Part shown: in pieces, positions 1 to 8,393 of the stretch | Layout: each line of letters opens with the position of its first letter | How positions within the stretch are numbered: position 1 is the stretch's first letter | Origin: Ectothiorhodospiraceae bacterium | Lineage (GTDB): Bacteria; Pseudomonadota; Gammaproteobacteria; XJ16; Halofilaceae | NCBI GenBank assembly: GCA_007134775.1 | Contig: SLKC01000042.1 | Span: 5,451 to 29,450 of the forward strand | Direction: 5' to 3' | DNA length: 24,000 nucleotides | Notes under the pieces: model-generated | Databases searched by the model: none | Seen by the model: the letters and a program-made list of their open reading frames with translations, nothing else | What the model was told of the DNA's origin: nothing | Position numbers and translations under genes: made by a program

Positions 1-878
1 CGCTCGGGATCCCGGGCACAGGCATCGGCGTAGGCCTGCCGGGCGGCGTCGATCTGCCCGAGCTGCTCGAGCACGCGCCCATGCGCGTGGCTGTATCCGG
101 CATCCTGTTGCCAACGCGGCGTGGCGATGCGCGCCAGCATGCGCTCGGCATCGCGCGGGCGGCGCTCGTGCAGATAGAGTCGGGTCAACTGCTGTAGCCG
201 CGGGTCGTCGATGGCCCCGCGTTCGATGAGGCTTTCCAGGGTCGCGATCGCCGCCAGTGGCTCCCCCAGCTCCTCCTGCACGCTGGCGAGATCGCCGGCG
301 ATAACGGGATGGTCGGGCTGCTGCTGGTGGGCGCGGGTGAGCACTTGCGCCGCCTTGAACGGGCGGTGCTCCGCGCGCAGCAGACGGGCGAGGGCCGTGA
401 GGAGATCGGGGTGCTCCGGGGCGTGCTCCAGCCCATCGTGGCAAAGCGCGCGCCCTTCGTCGGGCCGTTCCCGCTGCTCGGCGTTGGCGATGGCGTTAAG
501 CCGGAACGGGAGCTGTTGCGGAGCAAGCTCGAGGGCGCGGCGGTGGGCCGCCGCTGCTCCCTCCAGATCCCCAGTGGCGTCGCGGGCGAAGCCCAGGCGT
601 GACCAGGTTTCGGCATGGCTCGGGTCGAGGCGGGTCGCTTGCTCGAGAGGGCGGATGGCGTCAGCCATGCGCTGCTGCAGCAGGCGGGCGACGGCGAGCA
701 CCCGCAGCAGCTCGACCTCGTCGCGCCGACGCTGCAGGCGTTGTGCAACCTCCTCCTCGACCGCGCGGGCGTGGCCCGCCTTGAGCGCCGCATACAGCTC
801 CTGCAGCTCCGCCGCAGTGGTGGTCGGCGCCGCCTTCTTCTTGCCGCGATTCCGGCGAGCCTTGCGCGGGGCGCTCAT
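1..878 (-). CDS. TPR repeat protein (5' end complete, 3' end cut by the window edge)
   Basis: Absent from the ORF track because it runs off the left edge. Manual reverse-strand translation from the ATG at 878..876 is stop-free down to base 3: MSAPRKARRNRGKKKAAPTTTAAELQELYAALKAGHARAVEEEV...LDPSHAETWSRLGFARDATGDLEGAAAAHRRALELAPQQ...GRVLEQLGQIDAARQAYADACARDPE. It has Ala/Leu-rich 34-aa-type helical repeats and strong GC3 bias. Track ORFs 185..793(-) and 211..1890(+) are Arg/Ser/Pro-rich off-frame shadows. Confidence 0.6.
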   Translation of the reverse strand, partial: MSAPRKARRNRGKKKAAPTTTAAELQELYAALKAGHARAVEEEVAQRLQRRRDEVELLRVLAVARLLQQRMADAIRPLEQATRLDPSHAETWSRLGFARDATGDLEGAAAAHRRALELAPQQLPFRLNAIANAEQRERPDEGRALCHDGLEHAPEHPDLLTALARLLRAEHRPFKAAQVLTRAHQQQPDHPVIAGDLASVQEELGEPLAAIATLESLIERGAIDDPRLQQLTRLYLHERRPRDAERMLARIATPRWQQDAGYSHAHGRVLEQLGQIDAARQAYADACARDPE

Positions 879-933
879 GGGCCGTTTCTGCGCCGGACGA
901 GGCGGATGTGTCGGTCAGCGCGGCGCGACATCG

Positions 934-1650
934 TCAATCCTCCAGCACGATACTCACTCGGCGATTGTGCCGGCTCTTCTTTTCGATCTTGCGTACGCGC
1001 ACGCGGCCGATCTCGGCGGTCGCGGCGACGTGGGTGCCGCCGCAGGGCTGCAGGTCGATCGCGCCGATGCGCACCAGGCGCACGGGGCCGCCCGTGCGCG
1101 GGGGCTGCACGCTCAGGGTCTTGACCAGTTCAGGGCGGGCGTCGAGTTCGGCCTGCGTGATCCACTCGGTCGTTACCGGGTGGTCGGCGGCGATCAGCTC
1201 GTTGAGCGTGGCGGTCACCGCTTCGCGCTCGAGCGTCGATTCGGGGAGGTCGAAATCGAGGCGGCCGTGGCCGTCGCCGATGGAGCCACCGGTGACCGGT
1301 GCGGGGATGGCGACCGAGAGCAGGTGCAGGCAGGTGTGGATGCGCATGCGCGGATAGCGCAGCGCCCAGTCGATCGTGCCGCTGACGCGCTCGCCCTCGG
1401 CGGGTCGCGGGGCGTCCGGTGCGGGCCGGTGGCGGATGTCGCCGGCGGCGTCGTAGCGGGTGTCGTCGATCGCTATGCGTGTGCCGTCAGCGGTGACCAG
1501 CACCCCCGCATCGCCGGGCTGACCGCCCCCCTGGGGATAGAACAGGCTGCGGTCGAGGACGATGCCGTTGTCGTCGACGCCGACGACCGTGGCGTCGAAG
1601 GCTGTCGCGTAGGGATGCTCGCGGTAGAGCGCCTCGGTCGACCCGCTCAT
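934..1650 (-). CDS. alaX: AlaX-M type alanyl/threonyl-tRNA editing protein (tRNA synthetase second additional domain)
   Basis: 238 aa. Carries the editing-site zinc motifs HTCLHLL (HxxxH) and CGGTHV (CxxxH). Its ATG overlaps the proS stop (ATGA at 1647..1650). Confidence 0.8.
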   Translation of the reverse strand: MSGSTEALYREHPYATAFDATVVGVDDNGIVLDRSLFYPQGGGQPGDAGVLVTADGTRIAIDDTRYDAAGDIRHRPAPDAPRPAEGERVSGTIDWALRYPRMRIHTCLHLLSVAIPAPVTGGSIGDGHGRLDFDLPESTLEREAVTATLNELIAADHPVTTEWITQAELDARPELVKTLSVQPPRTGGPVRLVRIGAIDLQPCGGTHVAATAEIGRVRVRKIEKKSRHNRRVSIVLED

Positions 1651-3365
1651 GTCTGTTTCTCCGCCCGCGCGCGTTCGGCGAGCCAGTCGGCGATGCCGTC
1701 CAGGGGGCGATCTTCGGCATCGGCGGCGGCGCGCGCCTTGTACTCGGCGGTGCCGGCATCGAGGCCCTTGTCGGAGAGCACGATGCGGTGCGGGATGCCG
1801 AGCAGATCCATGTCGGCGAACTTGACGCCGGGGCGGGCGTCGCGGTCGTCGAGCAGGACGTCGACACCGGCGGCGGTGAGCTGCTCATAGAGCCGCTCGC
1901 CGGCCTCGCGCAGCCGATGAGACTTCTGCCAGCCGATGGGGACGATGGCGACCTCGAAGGGCGCGATCGCGGTCGGCCAGATGATGCCGCGGTCGTCGTG
2001 ACCCTGCTCGATCGCCGCGGCGACGAGGCGCGTGACGCCGATGCCGTAGCAGCCCATGTGAAGTGTCACGGGGCGGCCCGCCTCGTCGAGGATCTCGGCC
2101 CCCATCGCCTCGGAATACTTGGTCCCGAGCTGGAAGATGTGGCCGACCTCGATGCCGCGGTCGATCGCCAGCGTGCCGCCATCGGGCGCGAGGTCGCCAG
2201 CGACGACGTTGCGCAGGTCGGCGGTCTCGGGCTCGGGTAGGTCGCGGCCCCAGTTGACGCCGGTGAGGTGCTGCTCATCGCTGTTCGCGCCGCAGACGAA
2301 ATCGGCGAGCATGGCGGCAGCATGGTCGGAGATCACGCGCAGATCGAGGCCGACGGGGCCGACGGAACCGGCATCGGCCCCTGTCGCCTCGCGGATGCGC
2401 GCGGCGGTCGCTAGCGTCAGCGGCGCGGCGACGGCCTCGTGGCGCTCCGCCTTGATCTCGTTGAGCTGATGGTCGCCGCGTAGCACCAGCGCGACCAGTC
2501 CGCCGTCGGCGCCCTCGACCAGCAGTGTCTTCACGCAGCGCTCGAGCGGCACGCCCAGGCTGGCGACGAGGTCGTCCATCGTATGCACGCCGGGCGTGTC
2601 GACGCGGGCAATTGATTCCGTGGGGTCCGGTCGTCCGGCCGTCGCCGGCCGCGTCTCGGCGAGTTCGACGTTCGCCGCGTAGTCGCCGCGATCGGAGTAG
2701 GCGATGGCATCCTCGCCGCTCGTTGCCAGGACATGGAACTCCATCGAGCGGTGGCCGCCGATGGCGCCGCTGTCCGCCTCGACGGCGCGATAGCGCAGGC
2801 CAAGGCGGTCGAAGATCCGGCGGTAGGCGTCGTACATGCGATCGTAGCTCGCCTGCAGGCCCTCCGGCGAGAGATCGAAGGAGTAGGCATCCTTCATGAT
2901 GAATTCGCGGGCACGCATGACCCCGAAGCGGGGCCGGATCTCGTCACGGAACTTGGTCTGGATCTGGTAGAGGTTGACCGGCACCTGGCGGTAACTGCGG
3001 ATCTCGCGCCGGGCGATGTCGGTGATGATCTCCTCATGCGTCGGGCCGTAGCAGAAGTCGCGCTCGTGGCGGTCGCGCAAGCGCAGCAGCTCCGGGCCGT
3101 AGGCCTCCCAGCGCTGCGATTCCTGCCACAGCTCCGCCGGCTGGACCGCGGGCAGCAGCACCTCGTGGGCGCCGGCGCGGTCCATCTCCGCGCGCACGAT
3201 ATCCTCGATCCGGCGCAGCACGCGCAGGCCGACCGGGAGCCAGTTGTAGATGCCCGCGGCGACGCGGCGAATCATCCCCGTGCGCAGCATGAGCTGGTGG
3301 CTGATGATCTCGGCGTCAGCCGGGGTTTCCTTCACGGTCTGCAGGTAGTAGCGGGACGCGCGCAT
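1647..3365 (-). CDS. proS: Prolyl-tRNA synthetase, bacterial type with insertion (INS) editing domain
   Basis: The track ORF 1647..3380 begins at a GTG. The conserved N-terminus [34 protein letters not shown] aligns with the known ProRS start, so the ATG at 3365 is preferred. A length of about 572 aa implies the INS domain is present. Confidence 0.95.
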   Translation of the reverse strand: MRASRYYLQTVKETPADAEIISHQLMLRTGMIRRVAAGIYNWLPVGLRVLRRIEDIVRAEMDRAGAHEVLLPAVQPAELWQESQRWEAYGPELLRLRDRHERDFCYGPTHEEIITDIARREIRSYRQVPVNLYQIQTKFRDEIRPRFGVMRAREFIMKDAYSFDLSPEGLQASYDRMYDAYRRIFDRLGLRYRAVEADSGAIGGHRSMEFHVLATSGEDAIAYSDRGDYAANVELAETRPATAGRPDPTESIARVDTPGVHTMDDLVASLGVPLERCVKTLLVEGADGGLVALVLRGDHQLNEIKAERHEAVAAPLTLATAARIREATGADAGSVGPVGLDLRVISDHAAAMLADFVCGANSDEQHLTGVNWGRDLPEPETADLRNVVAGDLAPDGGTLAIDRGIEVGHIFQLGTKYSEAMGAEILDEAGRPVTLHMGCYGIGVTRLVAAAIEQGHDDRGIIWPTAIAPFEVAIVPIGWQKSHRLREAGERLYEQLTAAGVDVLLDDRDARPGVKFADMDLLGIPHRIVLSDKGLDAGTAEYKARAAADAEDRPLDGIADWLAERARAEKQT

Positions 3366-3422
3366 GGCGAGGGCTTCCACTCCGGTTCAGGGGGCAGGGC
3401 AGCGCCCTGACGAAAGCTCGGG

Positions 3423-3431
3423 ATTGTAGCA
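3423..3431 (-). promoter_or_regulatory. Candidate extended -10 promoter for proS
   Basis: The reverse strand reads TGCTACAAT, about 58 nt upstream of the proS ATG. There is no recognisable -35 (CCACCG). A small hairpin CAGGGC-nnn-GCCCTG (3395..3409) lies in the predicted leader. Confidence 0.3.
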
Positions 3432-3542
3432 GTTGGCCAGCCCGGCGGTGGCGGCGCCGAGCGGTCTCCCGTGGCGAGGTCCGGCACGCTCGGCGCCTGG
3501 GTCGCTGTGGTGCGGACCAGCAACGGACGTCGCCGTGGCCGC

Positions 3543-3965
3543 TCAGGAACAGTGCTGCTCGATCTGCTCGCGCAGCATCTCTCGCCACTCCTCGCGCTGC
3601 TCGTCGTCGAGCGCCCGGAGTTCGCCGCCCTCGCCCTCGACCTGGAGGTCATGATCGCTCTGGAGGAGTTCGAACTCTTCGCGCGCCTGCTCGCAGTACT
3701 CGTCGACGGTCTCGGGCTCGTCATCGGCCTCGTCGTTGGGGGACGCGGCGAGTTCCTCCTCGTCTTCGGCGGGAGGATCCGGATCCTCGGCGATCCCCGC
3801 CGCCGTGTCGATCCGCTCGGCATCGACATCCGGTGGCGGGTGCGCCGAGTACTGAGTGACGCCGTCGTCGTCCACCCAGCGGTAGACCTCGGCATGGGCG
3901 GGTAGCGCCAGCGTGATGGCAACGAGCCCAGCGAGCAGCATCAGTGTCCAGGCGGACCGCGTCAT
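3543..3965 (-). CDS. DUF4124-family secreted protein with a very acidic C-terminal half
   Basis: The track ORF 3543..4379 is over-extended. The internal ATG at 3965 is preceded by GGGAGAGG. Signal peptide MTRSAWTLMLLAGLVAITLALPAHA is followed by EVYRWVDDDGVTQYSAHPP, the DUF4124 signature. The remainder is Asp/Glu-rich with two Cys (EYCEQ, QHCS). Confidence 0.7.
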   Translation of the reverse strand: MTRSAWTLMLLAGLVAITLALPAHAEVYRWVDDDGVTQYSAHPPPDVDAERIDTAAGIAEDPDPPAEDEEELAASPNDEADDEPETVDEYCEQAREEFELLQSDHDLQVEGEGGELRALDDEQREEWREMLREQIEQHCS

Positions 3966-3996
3966 GGTCGCCTCTCCCGAATCTCGGATGGCCCCG

Positions 3997-4005
3997 ATTA
4001 TGCCA
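3997..4005 (-). promoter_or_regulatory. Candidate extended -10 promoter for the DUF4124 gene
   Basis: The reverse strand reads TGGCATAAT, about 30 nt upstream of the ATG at 3965 and before the SD GGGAGAGG. Confidence 0.3.
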
Positions 4006-4034
4006 CGCCACGATCGCGCTGTCCGTCCATCGCA

Positions 4035-4063
4035 TCGCCGCCAGAGAGCCACGGTGGTATGAT
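4035..4063 (+). promoter_or_regulatory. Candidate sigma-70 promoter for the AI-2E transporter gene (extended -10)
   Basis: TGGTATGAT at 4055..4063 (TGn plus TATGAT), with a weak -35 TCGCCG 17 nt upstream. The predicted start site would be about 15 nt before the ATG at 4086. Confidence 0.35.
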
Positions 4064-4085
4064 CGCCACAAGCTCGGGAGCCCCT

Positions 4086-5216
4086 ATGCTCGCAGTCATC
4101 CGCGATTGGTACCGGCGGAACTTCACTGATCCCCAGGCCGTCATTCTGGCCATCCTGCTGTTGGGCGGGCTGGTCGCGATCCTGACCGTGGGCGATCTGC
4201 TCGCGCCCTTCCTGGTGGCGGTGGTTCTCGCCTATGTGCTGGAAGGTTTGGTGCAGGCGATGGAACGTTGGGGGATCCCGCGGCTGCTCGCTGTATCGGC
4301 GGTGCTTCTGGGCTCGATCGTGCTCGCGGTCATGGCGCTGTTCGGGCTTGCGCCGATCCTCGTACAGCAGGGCGCCCAACTCCTGCGCGAGGCGCCCGAC
4401 ATGATCGCGCGCGGCCAGTCGGCCCTGCTGGAACTCCCTGAGCAGTATCCGGCCCTGGTCACCGAGGAGCAGATCCGGGCGATTATCCGCAATATCCAGA
4501 CCGAAGTCGGCGACTGGGGGCGGGCGCTGCTGTCGATTTCACTGGCGCAGGCGGTCAGCCTCTTCGCCTTCTTTATCTATCTCGTCCTCGTGCCGCTGAT
4601 GGTCTTTTTTCTGCTCAAGGACAAGGACCGTATCCTCGACTGGCTGGTCTCGCTGCTGCCGGAGCGGCGCGAGCTCTCCTCCAGGGTGTGGAAGGAAGTC
4701 AATGCGAAGATCGGCAACTACATCCGCGGCAAGGTCATCGAGATCCTCCTCGTTTGGATGGTGAGTTACGCCACCTTCACCTTTTTCGGTCTGAACTTCA
4801 GCCTGCTGCTCTCCTTCCTCGTCGGTATCTCGGTGATCATCCCCTACATCGGCGCGATCGCGGTCACGGTCCCGATCGCACTGGTGGCTTACTTCCAGTG
4901 GGGCTTCGCCGCCGACTTCTGGTGGCTGCTGATCGCCTATCAGGTCATCCAGATCCTCGATGGCAATGTCCTGGTCCCGCTCCTCTTCTCCGAGGTGGTC
5001 AATCTCCACCCCGTGGCAATCATTGTCGCGGTGCTCTTCTTCGGCGGCCTCTGGGGGGTCTGGGGGGTGTTCTTCGCCATCCCGCTGGCGACATTGGTCC
5101 AGGTCGTGCTCGATACCTGGCCCCACGTGGTGCAGCCGCCCGAGGAGATGGACGCCGAGGAGGATGCGGAATCGGTAGAAGCGGGCGAGGCGGCGGCTGG
5201 TAGCGAAGGGGGCTGA
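4086..5216 (+). CDS. AI-2E family transporter (PerM/YdiK-like, UPF0118)
   Basis: Polytopic membrane protein with the typical family layout. A long hydrophilic loop follows TM3, then FFLLKDKDRI and IILVWMVSY-type helices. The C-terminal tail is acidic. The ATG at 4086 is preceded by GGGAG. The track start at 4059 lies inside the putative -10 box TATGAT, so 4086 is preferred. Confidence 0.85.
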   Translation: MLAVIRDWYRRNFTDPQAVILAILLLGGLVAILTVGDLLAPFLVAVVLAYVLEGLVQAMERWGIPRLLAVSAVLLGSIVLAVMALFGLAPILVQQGAQLLREAPDMIARGQSALLELPEQYPALVTEEQIRAIIRNIQTEVGDWGRALLSISLAQAVSLFAFFIYLVLVPLMVFFLLKDKDRILDWLVSLLPERRELSSRVWKEVNAKIGNYIRGKVIEILLVWMVSYATFTFFGLNFSLLLSFLVGISVIIPYIGAIAVTVPIALVAYFQWGFAADFWWLLIAYQVIQILDGNVLVPLLFSEVVNLHPVAIIVAVLFFGGLWGVWGVFFAIPLATLVQVVLDTWPHVVQPPEEMDAEEDAESVEAGEAAAGSEGG

Positions 5217-5220
5217 TGTG

Positions 5221-5237
5221 GCCGCGCTCGACGCGGC
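5221..5237. terminator. Short hairpin between the convergent perM-like and HPr genes
   Basis: GCCGCG-ctcga-CGCGGC in the 33-bp convergent spacer. The stem is only 6 bp and there is no U-tract. Confidence 0.25.
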
Positions 5238-5249
5238 GCGGCGTTGTCG

Positions 5250-5519
5250 TTACTCCCCCTCGCCGAAGTAGTCGCCGACGAGGTCGGTAAGCTGGCGCAG
5301 CGCCTCGTCCTCGTCTGGACCGTCGGCGATCAGGCGCACCGTGGTTCCCTGACTGGCTGCGAGCATCATTACGCCCATGATGCTCTTGCCGTTGACCCGC
5401 CGGCCCTCCTTCTCCAATTCGATCTCGCTATCGAACGTTGAGGCGAGGGAGACGAACTTGGCGGCGGCGCGCGCGTGCAGCCCGAGCTTGTTGATGATCT
5501 CCACATCGAACTCGCGCAT
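5250..5519 (-). CDS. ptsH: HPr/NPr family phosphocarrier protein
   Basis: 89 aa from the ATG at 5519 (track ORF over-extended to 5864). Active-site His15 lies in KLGLHARAAAKF and regulatory Ser46 in NGKSIMGVM. Confidence 0.9.
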   Translation of the reverse strand: MREFDVEIINKLGLHARAAAKFVSLASTFDSEIELEKEGRRVNGKSIMGVMMLAASQGTTVRLIADGPDEDEALRQLTDLVGDYFGEGE

Positions 5520-5532
5520 CAGTCCGTTCCCC

Positions 5533-5937
5533 TCATGCCCGCTCGGTGCCGGCTGGATCGGCGATAATGCCGCGTTGCCCGCCTGTGGCCGCTTTCTCGG
5601 CGATGAGTGTGAGATCGAGGTGAGCGTAATTGAAGATGCGCAGCACCATCGGGAGATTGAGCCCGGCGATGACCCGAATGCAGTGTGTCGTGCCGTGATT
5701 GTGGGCGATGTTACAGGGTGTCGAGCCGTAAAGATCGGTAACCAGTAGCACGCCGTCACCGTGGTCGAGTTCGGCAACAAGCGCCACGAGCCCGGCACGC
5801 AATTCAGCCGGGTCGACATCGGCAGCGACGGGGCAGTGGCGAGTCGGTAGAGGTGCCTCGCCAAAGATCTGACAGGCCGTGTCCAGGATTTCCGCCCCGA
5901 TGTGGTTGTGTGTGATCGTGATGAGTCCGATGCTCAT
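5533..5937 (-). CDS. PTS EIIA component, mannose/fructose family (soluble, no EIIB/C/D partner nearby)
   Basis: 134 aa from the ATG at 5937 (track ORF over-extended into rapZ). N-terminus MSIGLITITHNHIG has His10 at the EIIA-Man phosphorylation position. Also has VLLVTDLYGSTPCN, similar to the TDLxGGSP-type motif. Confidence 0.85.
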   Translation of the reverse strand: MSIGLITITHNHIGAEILDTACQIFGEAPLPTRHCPVAADVDPAELRAGLVALVAELDHGDGVLLVTDLYGSTPCNIAHNHGTTHCIRVIAGLNLPMVLRIFNYAHLDLTLIAEKAATGGQRGIIADPAGTERA

Positions 5938-6034
5938 GCCCTGATGGCTCGTTACCCGGAAGCGAAGCGGCCTGTCTCCAGCGATGGGCGTAACATAAAC
6001 CACTCGGAAGCCAGCGCCAATGGCTCGGCCCGTC

Positions 6035-6919
6035 TCATTTGCCCGATGGGGTTGTTGTCCCGAGCTCACGGTGGCGTACCGTGGCCGCATCGAGGTGGTC
6101 CGCAAAGCGCGCACGCAACCGCTCGGCAAGATAGACCGAGCGGTGCTGGCCGCCGGTGCAGCCGATCGATACCGTCATGTAGGAGCGCCCCTCCGCCTGA
6201 AACGCGGGTAGCCATTGATGCAGAAAGTCCTCGATTGATTGGAACATGGCCTCCACATCCGGCGTTCCACCGAGATAGCGGATGACGGCCTCGTCGCGAC
6301 CGGTCAGGGCGCGCAGGCGCGGCTCCCAGTGAGGATTGGGCAGGCAGCGCACATCGAAGACGAAATCGGTATCGGCGGGGACACCGTTCTTGAAACCGAA
6401 GGACTGGAATAGTAGCGACAGGCTCGATGCATCCGCGGCAACGACGAGGCGTTCGCGCAGCAGGGCGCGCAGTTCATGCAGTGTGCGCTGGGTCGTCTCA
6501 ATGGTCAGGCCGGCGCGCTCGCCGATCGGCGAGAGCAGCTCGCGCTCGGCCTCGATGGCCTCGAGCAAGGGGCGCCCTCGTTGCGACAGCGGGTGGCGGC
6601 GCCGCGTCTCCGAGTAGCGCCGGATCAGTGTGTTGAGCTCTGCGCGCAGGAAGACGATCTCCACATCCAGCCCCGGCAGCGCGATGAGTTGGTCGAGGTG
6701 CTCGGGCAGGCGGGCGAGTTCGGTGGCATCGCTGCGGGCGTCGATGCCGACAGCGACCTGGTCGTAGTGCTCGGCCGGGCCGGCACGGAGCTGCTCCACC
6801 AGGGGCAGCAGCAGCCCCGGCGGCAGGTTGTCGATGCAGTAGAAGCCGGCATCCTCCAGGGTGCTCAGCGCGACGCTCTTGCCGGAGCCGGAGAGGCCGC
6901 TGACGATGATCAGTCGCAT
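6035..6919 (-). CDS. rapZ: RNase adapter protein RapZ (YhbJ)
   Basis: 294 aa. N-terminal P-loop MRLIIVSGLSGSGKSVALSTLEDAGFYCIDNLP and C-terminal GCTGGQHRSVY motif. Start overlaps the hprK stop by 10 nt. Confidence 0.93.
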   Translation of the reverse strand: MRLIIVSGLSGSGKSVALSTLEDAGFYCIDNLPPGLLLPLVEQLRAGPAEHYDQVAVGIDARSDATELARLPEHLDQLIALPGLDVEIVFLRAELNTLIRRYSETRRRHPLSQRGRPLLEAIEAERELLSPIGERAGLTIETTQRTLHELRALLRERLVVAADASSLSLLFQSFGFKNGVPADTDFVFDVRCLPNPHWEPRLRALTGRDEAVIRYLGGTPDVEAMFQSIEDFLHQWLPAFQAEGRSYMTVSIGCTGGQHRSVYLAERLRARFADHLDAATVRHRELGTTTPSGK

Positions 6920-7863
6920 GCGGTGTCCCCGTCGAGCGCCTGGCGCTGCCGCTGCATCAGGTCGTCTGCAGCCGTGTAGCCGCGCCGCAGTAGCAGGAAG
7001 TTGCGGACCGCTGCCTCGACGAGTACGGCGAGGTTGCGCCCCGGCGCCACCGGCAGGGTCATCGACGGGATGCCGAGTCCCAGTATCTCGGTTTGACCGA
7101 TGTTGCCATTGAGGCGATCGAGCTGGTCACGCAGGGATTCGTTGAGCAGTGCCAGATGGAGCACGAGCTGGAGGCGCTTGCGATGACGGATCGCGGCATC
7201 GCCGTACATCGACCGGATATTGAGCACGCCGAGCCCGCGGACCTCGAGGAAGTCCTTGAGCACGGGTGTCGATTCGCCGTCGATCGTGTCCGGCGCGGGA
7301 CGGCTGAATTCGGGGGCATCGTCCGCTACCAGACTGTGGCCACGCGAGACCAGTTCGAGCGCAAGCTCGCTCTTGCCGACGGCGGGATCACCGGTGAGCA
7401 GCACCCCCGTGCCGAGAACGTCGATGAAGACGCCGTGGCGTGTGGTCCGGGGTGCCAGTTCGTGGTTGAGGAAATGGCGCAGGGTGCTGACGAGCTGCTC
7501 GCAGGAGCTCGTAGCACGCAGCAGTGGGATGCCGTGGCGCCGTGCGGCGTCCGCGATGTCCGCGGGCACGTTTTGGGCGTCGGTGACGACAATGGCGAAG
7601 AGATCGTCGCTGATCAGTTGGCGCAACAGGCTGCGGCGGTCTGCGGTATCGCGTTCGGCCCACCAGTCGAGTTCGGTCGGCCCGAACACCTGGATACGAT
7701 TGGGTTGGACGACGTTGAGATGGCCGACGAGTGGGAGTGGCCCGCCAGCGGTCGACTCGGTGGGCAGAGGATGCGCGCGCTCGGGATCGAGATGCACGAT
7801 CTCAAGGCCGAGCGTGGCCCCATGGCGTTCGGCCAGCTCGGCAATGGAGAGGTTGGAACTCAT
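6910..7863 (-). CDS. hprK: HPr kinase/phosphorylase (full length, with N-terminal domain)
   Basis: 317 aa. Walker A GDPAVGKSE, signature LEVRGLGVLNIRSMYG, and ADD after the P-loop. Confidence 0.93.
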   Translation of the reverse strand: MSSNLSIAELAERHGATLGLEIVHLDPERAHPLPTESTAGGPLPLVGHLNVVQPNRIQVFGPTELDWWAERDTADRRSLLRQLISDDLFAIVVTDAQNVPADIADAARRHGIPLLRATSSCEQLVSTLRHFLNHELAPRTTRHGVFIDVLGTGVLLTGDPAVGKSELALELVSRGHSLVADDAPEFSRPAPDTIDGESTPVLKDFLEVRGLGVLNIRSMYGDAAIRHRKRLQLVLHLALLNESLRDQLDRLNGNIGQTEILGLGIPSMTLPVAPGRNLAVLVEAAVRNFLLLRRGYTAADDLMQRQRQALDGDTACD

Positions 7864-7880
7864 GGATGCGGGCGCCCCGG

Positions 7881-8357
7881 TTAGCGCGATCCCCTGTCCG
7901 CCGTGGACCAGCTCTCCAGCACGCCAATGAGTTCCTCGGCGCGCTGCTGGGCGCGGAGACCGGAGCGCAGCTCCGGGTCGTTGAACATTTCCGCCAGCGC
8001 CGCGAGGATCTGCAAGTGCTCGCGGCTGCAGTCACGCGGTACCAGCAGGGCGTAGAGCACATCGACACGCTGGCGGTCGGGGGCATCGAAGTCGATCGCC
8101 TGATCGAGGGTGAGACACGCGGCAATCGGCTGCTGCAGGCCGCCGACACGACCGTGCGGTAGCGCCATGCCGTGCCCCAGCCCGGTACTGCCGAGCCGCT
8201 CACGGGTGTTCAGTGCCTCGAAGACCTCGGTGCCCGAAACGCCGGGAATCGATTCGGCAAGGAGTCCTGCGACGCGCTCCAGCGCACGCTTCTTGCTGCG
8301 CATGGATTCCTGACAACGGACGCGGTCCGGGCTAAGGAGGGTGGCAGCGGTATTCAT
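7881..8357 (-). CDS. ptsN: Nitrogen-regulatory PTS EIIA-Ntr
   Basis: 158 aa. GLGHGMALPHGRV contains the phosphorylatable His. Lies in the conserved position downstream of hpf. Confidence 0.92.
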   Translation of the reverse strand: MNTAATLLSPDRVRCQESMRSKKRALERVAGLLAESIPGVSGTEVFEALNTRERLGSTGLGHGMALPHGRVGGLQQPIAACLTLDQAIDFDAPDRQRVDVLYALLVPRDCSREHLQILAALAEMFNDPELRSGLRAQQRAEELIGVLESWSTADRGSR

Positions 8358-8393
8358 GAGCGGCTCGGCTTGGTCGGTTGCAGTCGAAAACGT

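Noticed and set aside
211-1890. 559-aa plus-strand ORF spanning the TPR, alaX and proS 3' regions
   Set aside because: It is antisense to three well-supported genes. Its translation is Arg/Ala/Ser/Gly-rich low-complexity sequence with no motifs. This is a typical stop-codon-poor shadow frame of high-GC DNA.
4059-4085. ATG at 4059 as the start of the AI-2E transporter (track start)
   Set aside because: It has no SD and lies within the putative TATGAT -10 box. The ATG at 4086 follows GGGAG and begins the conserved part of the protein. The rejection is tentative.
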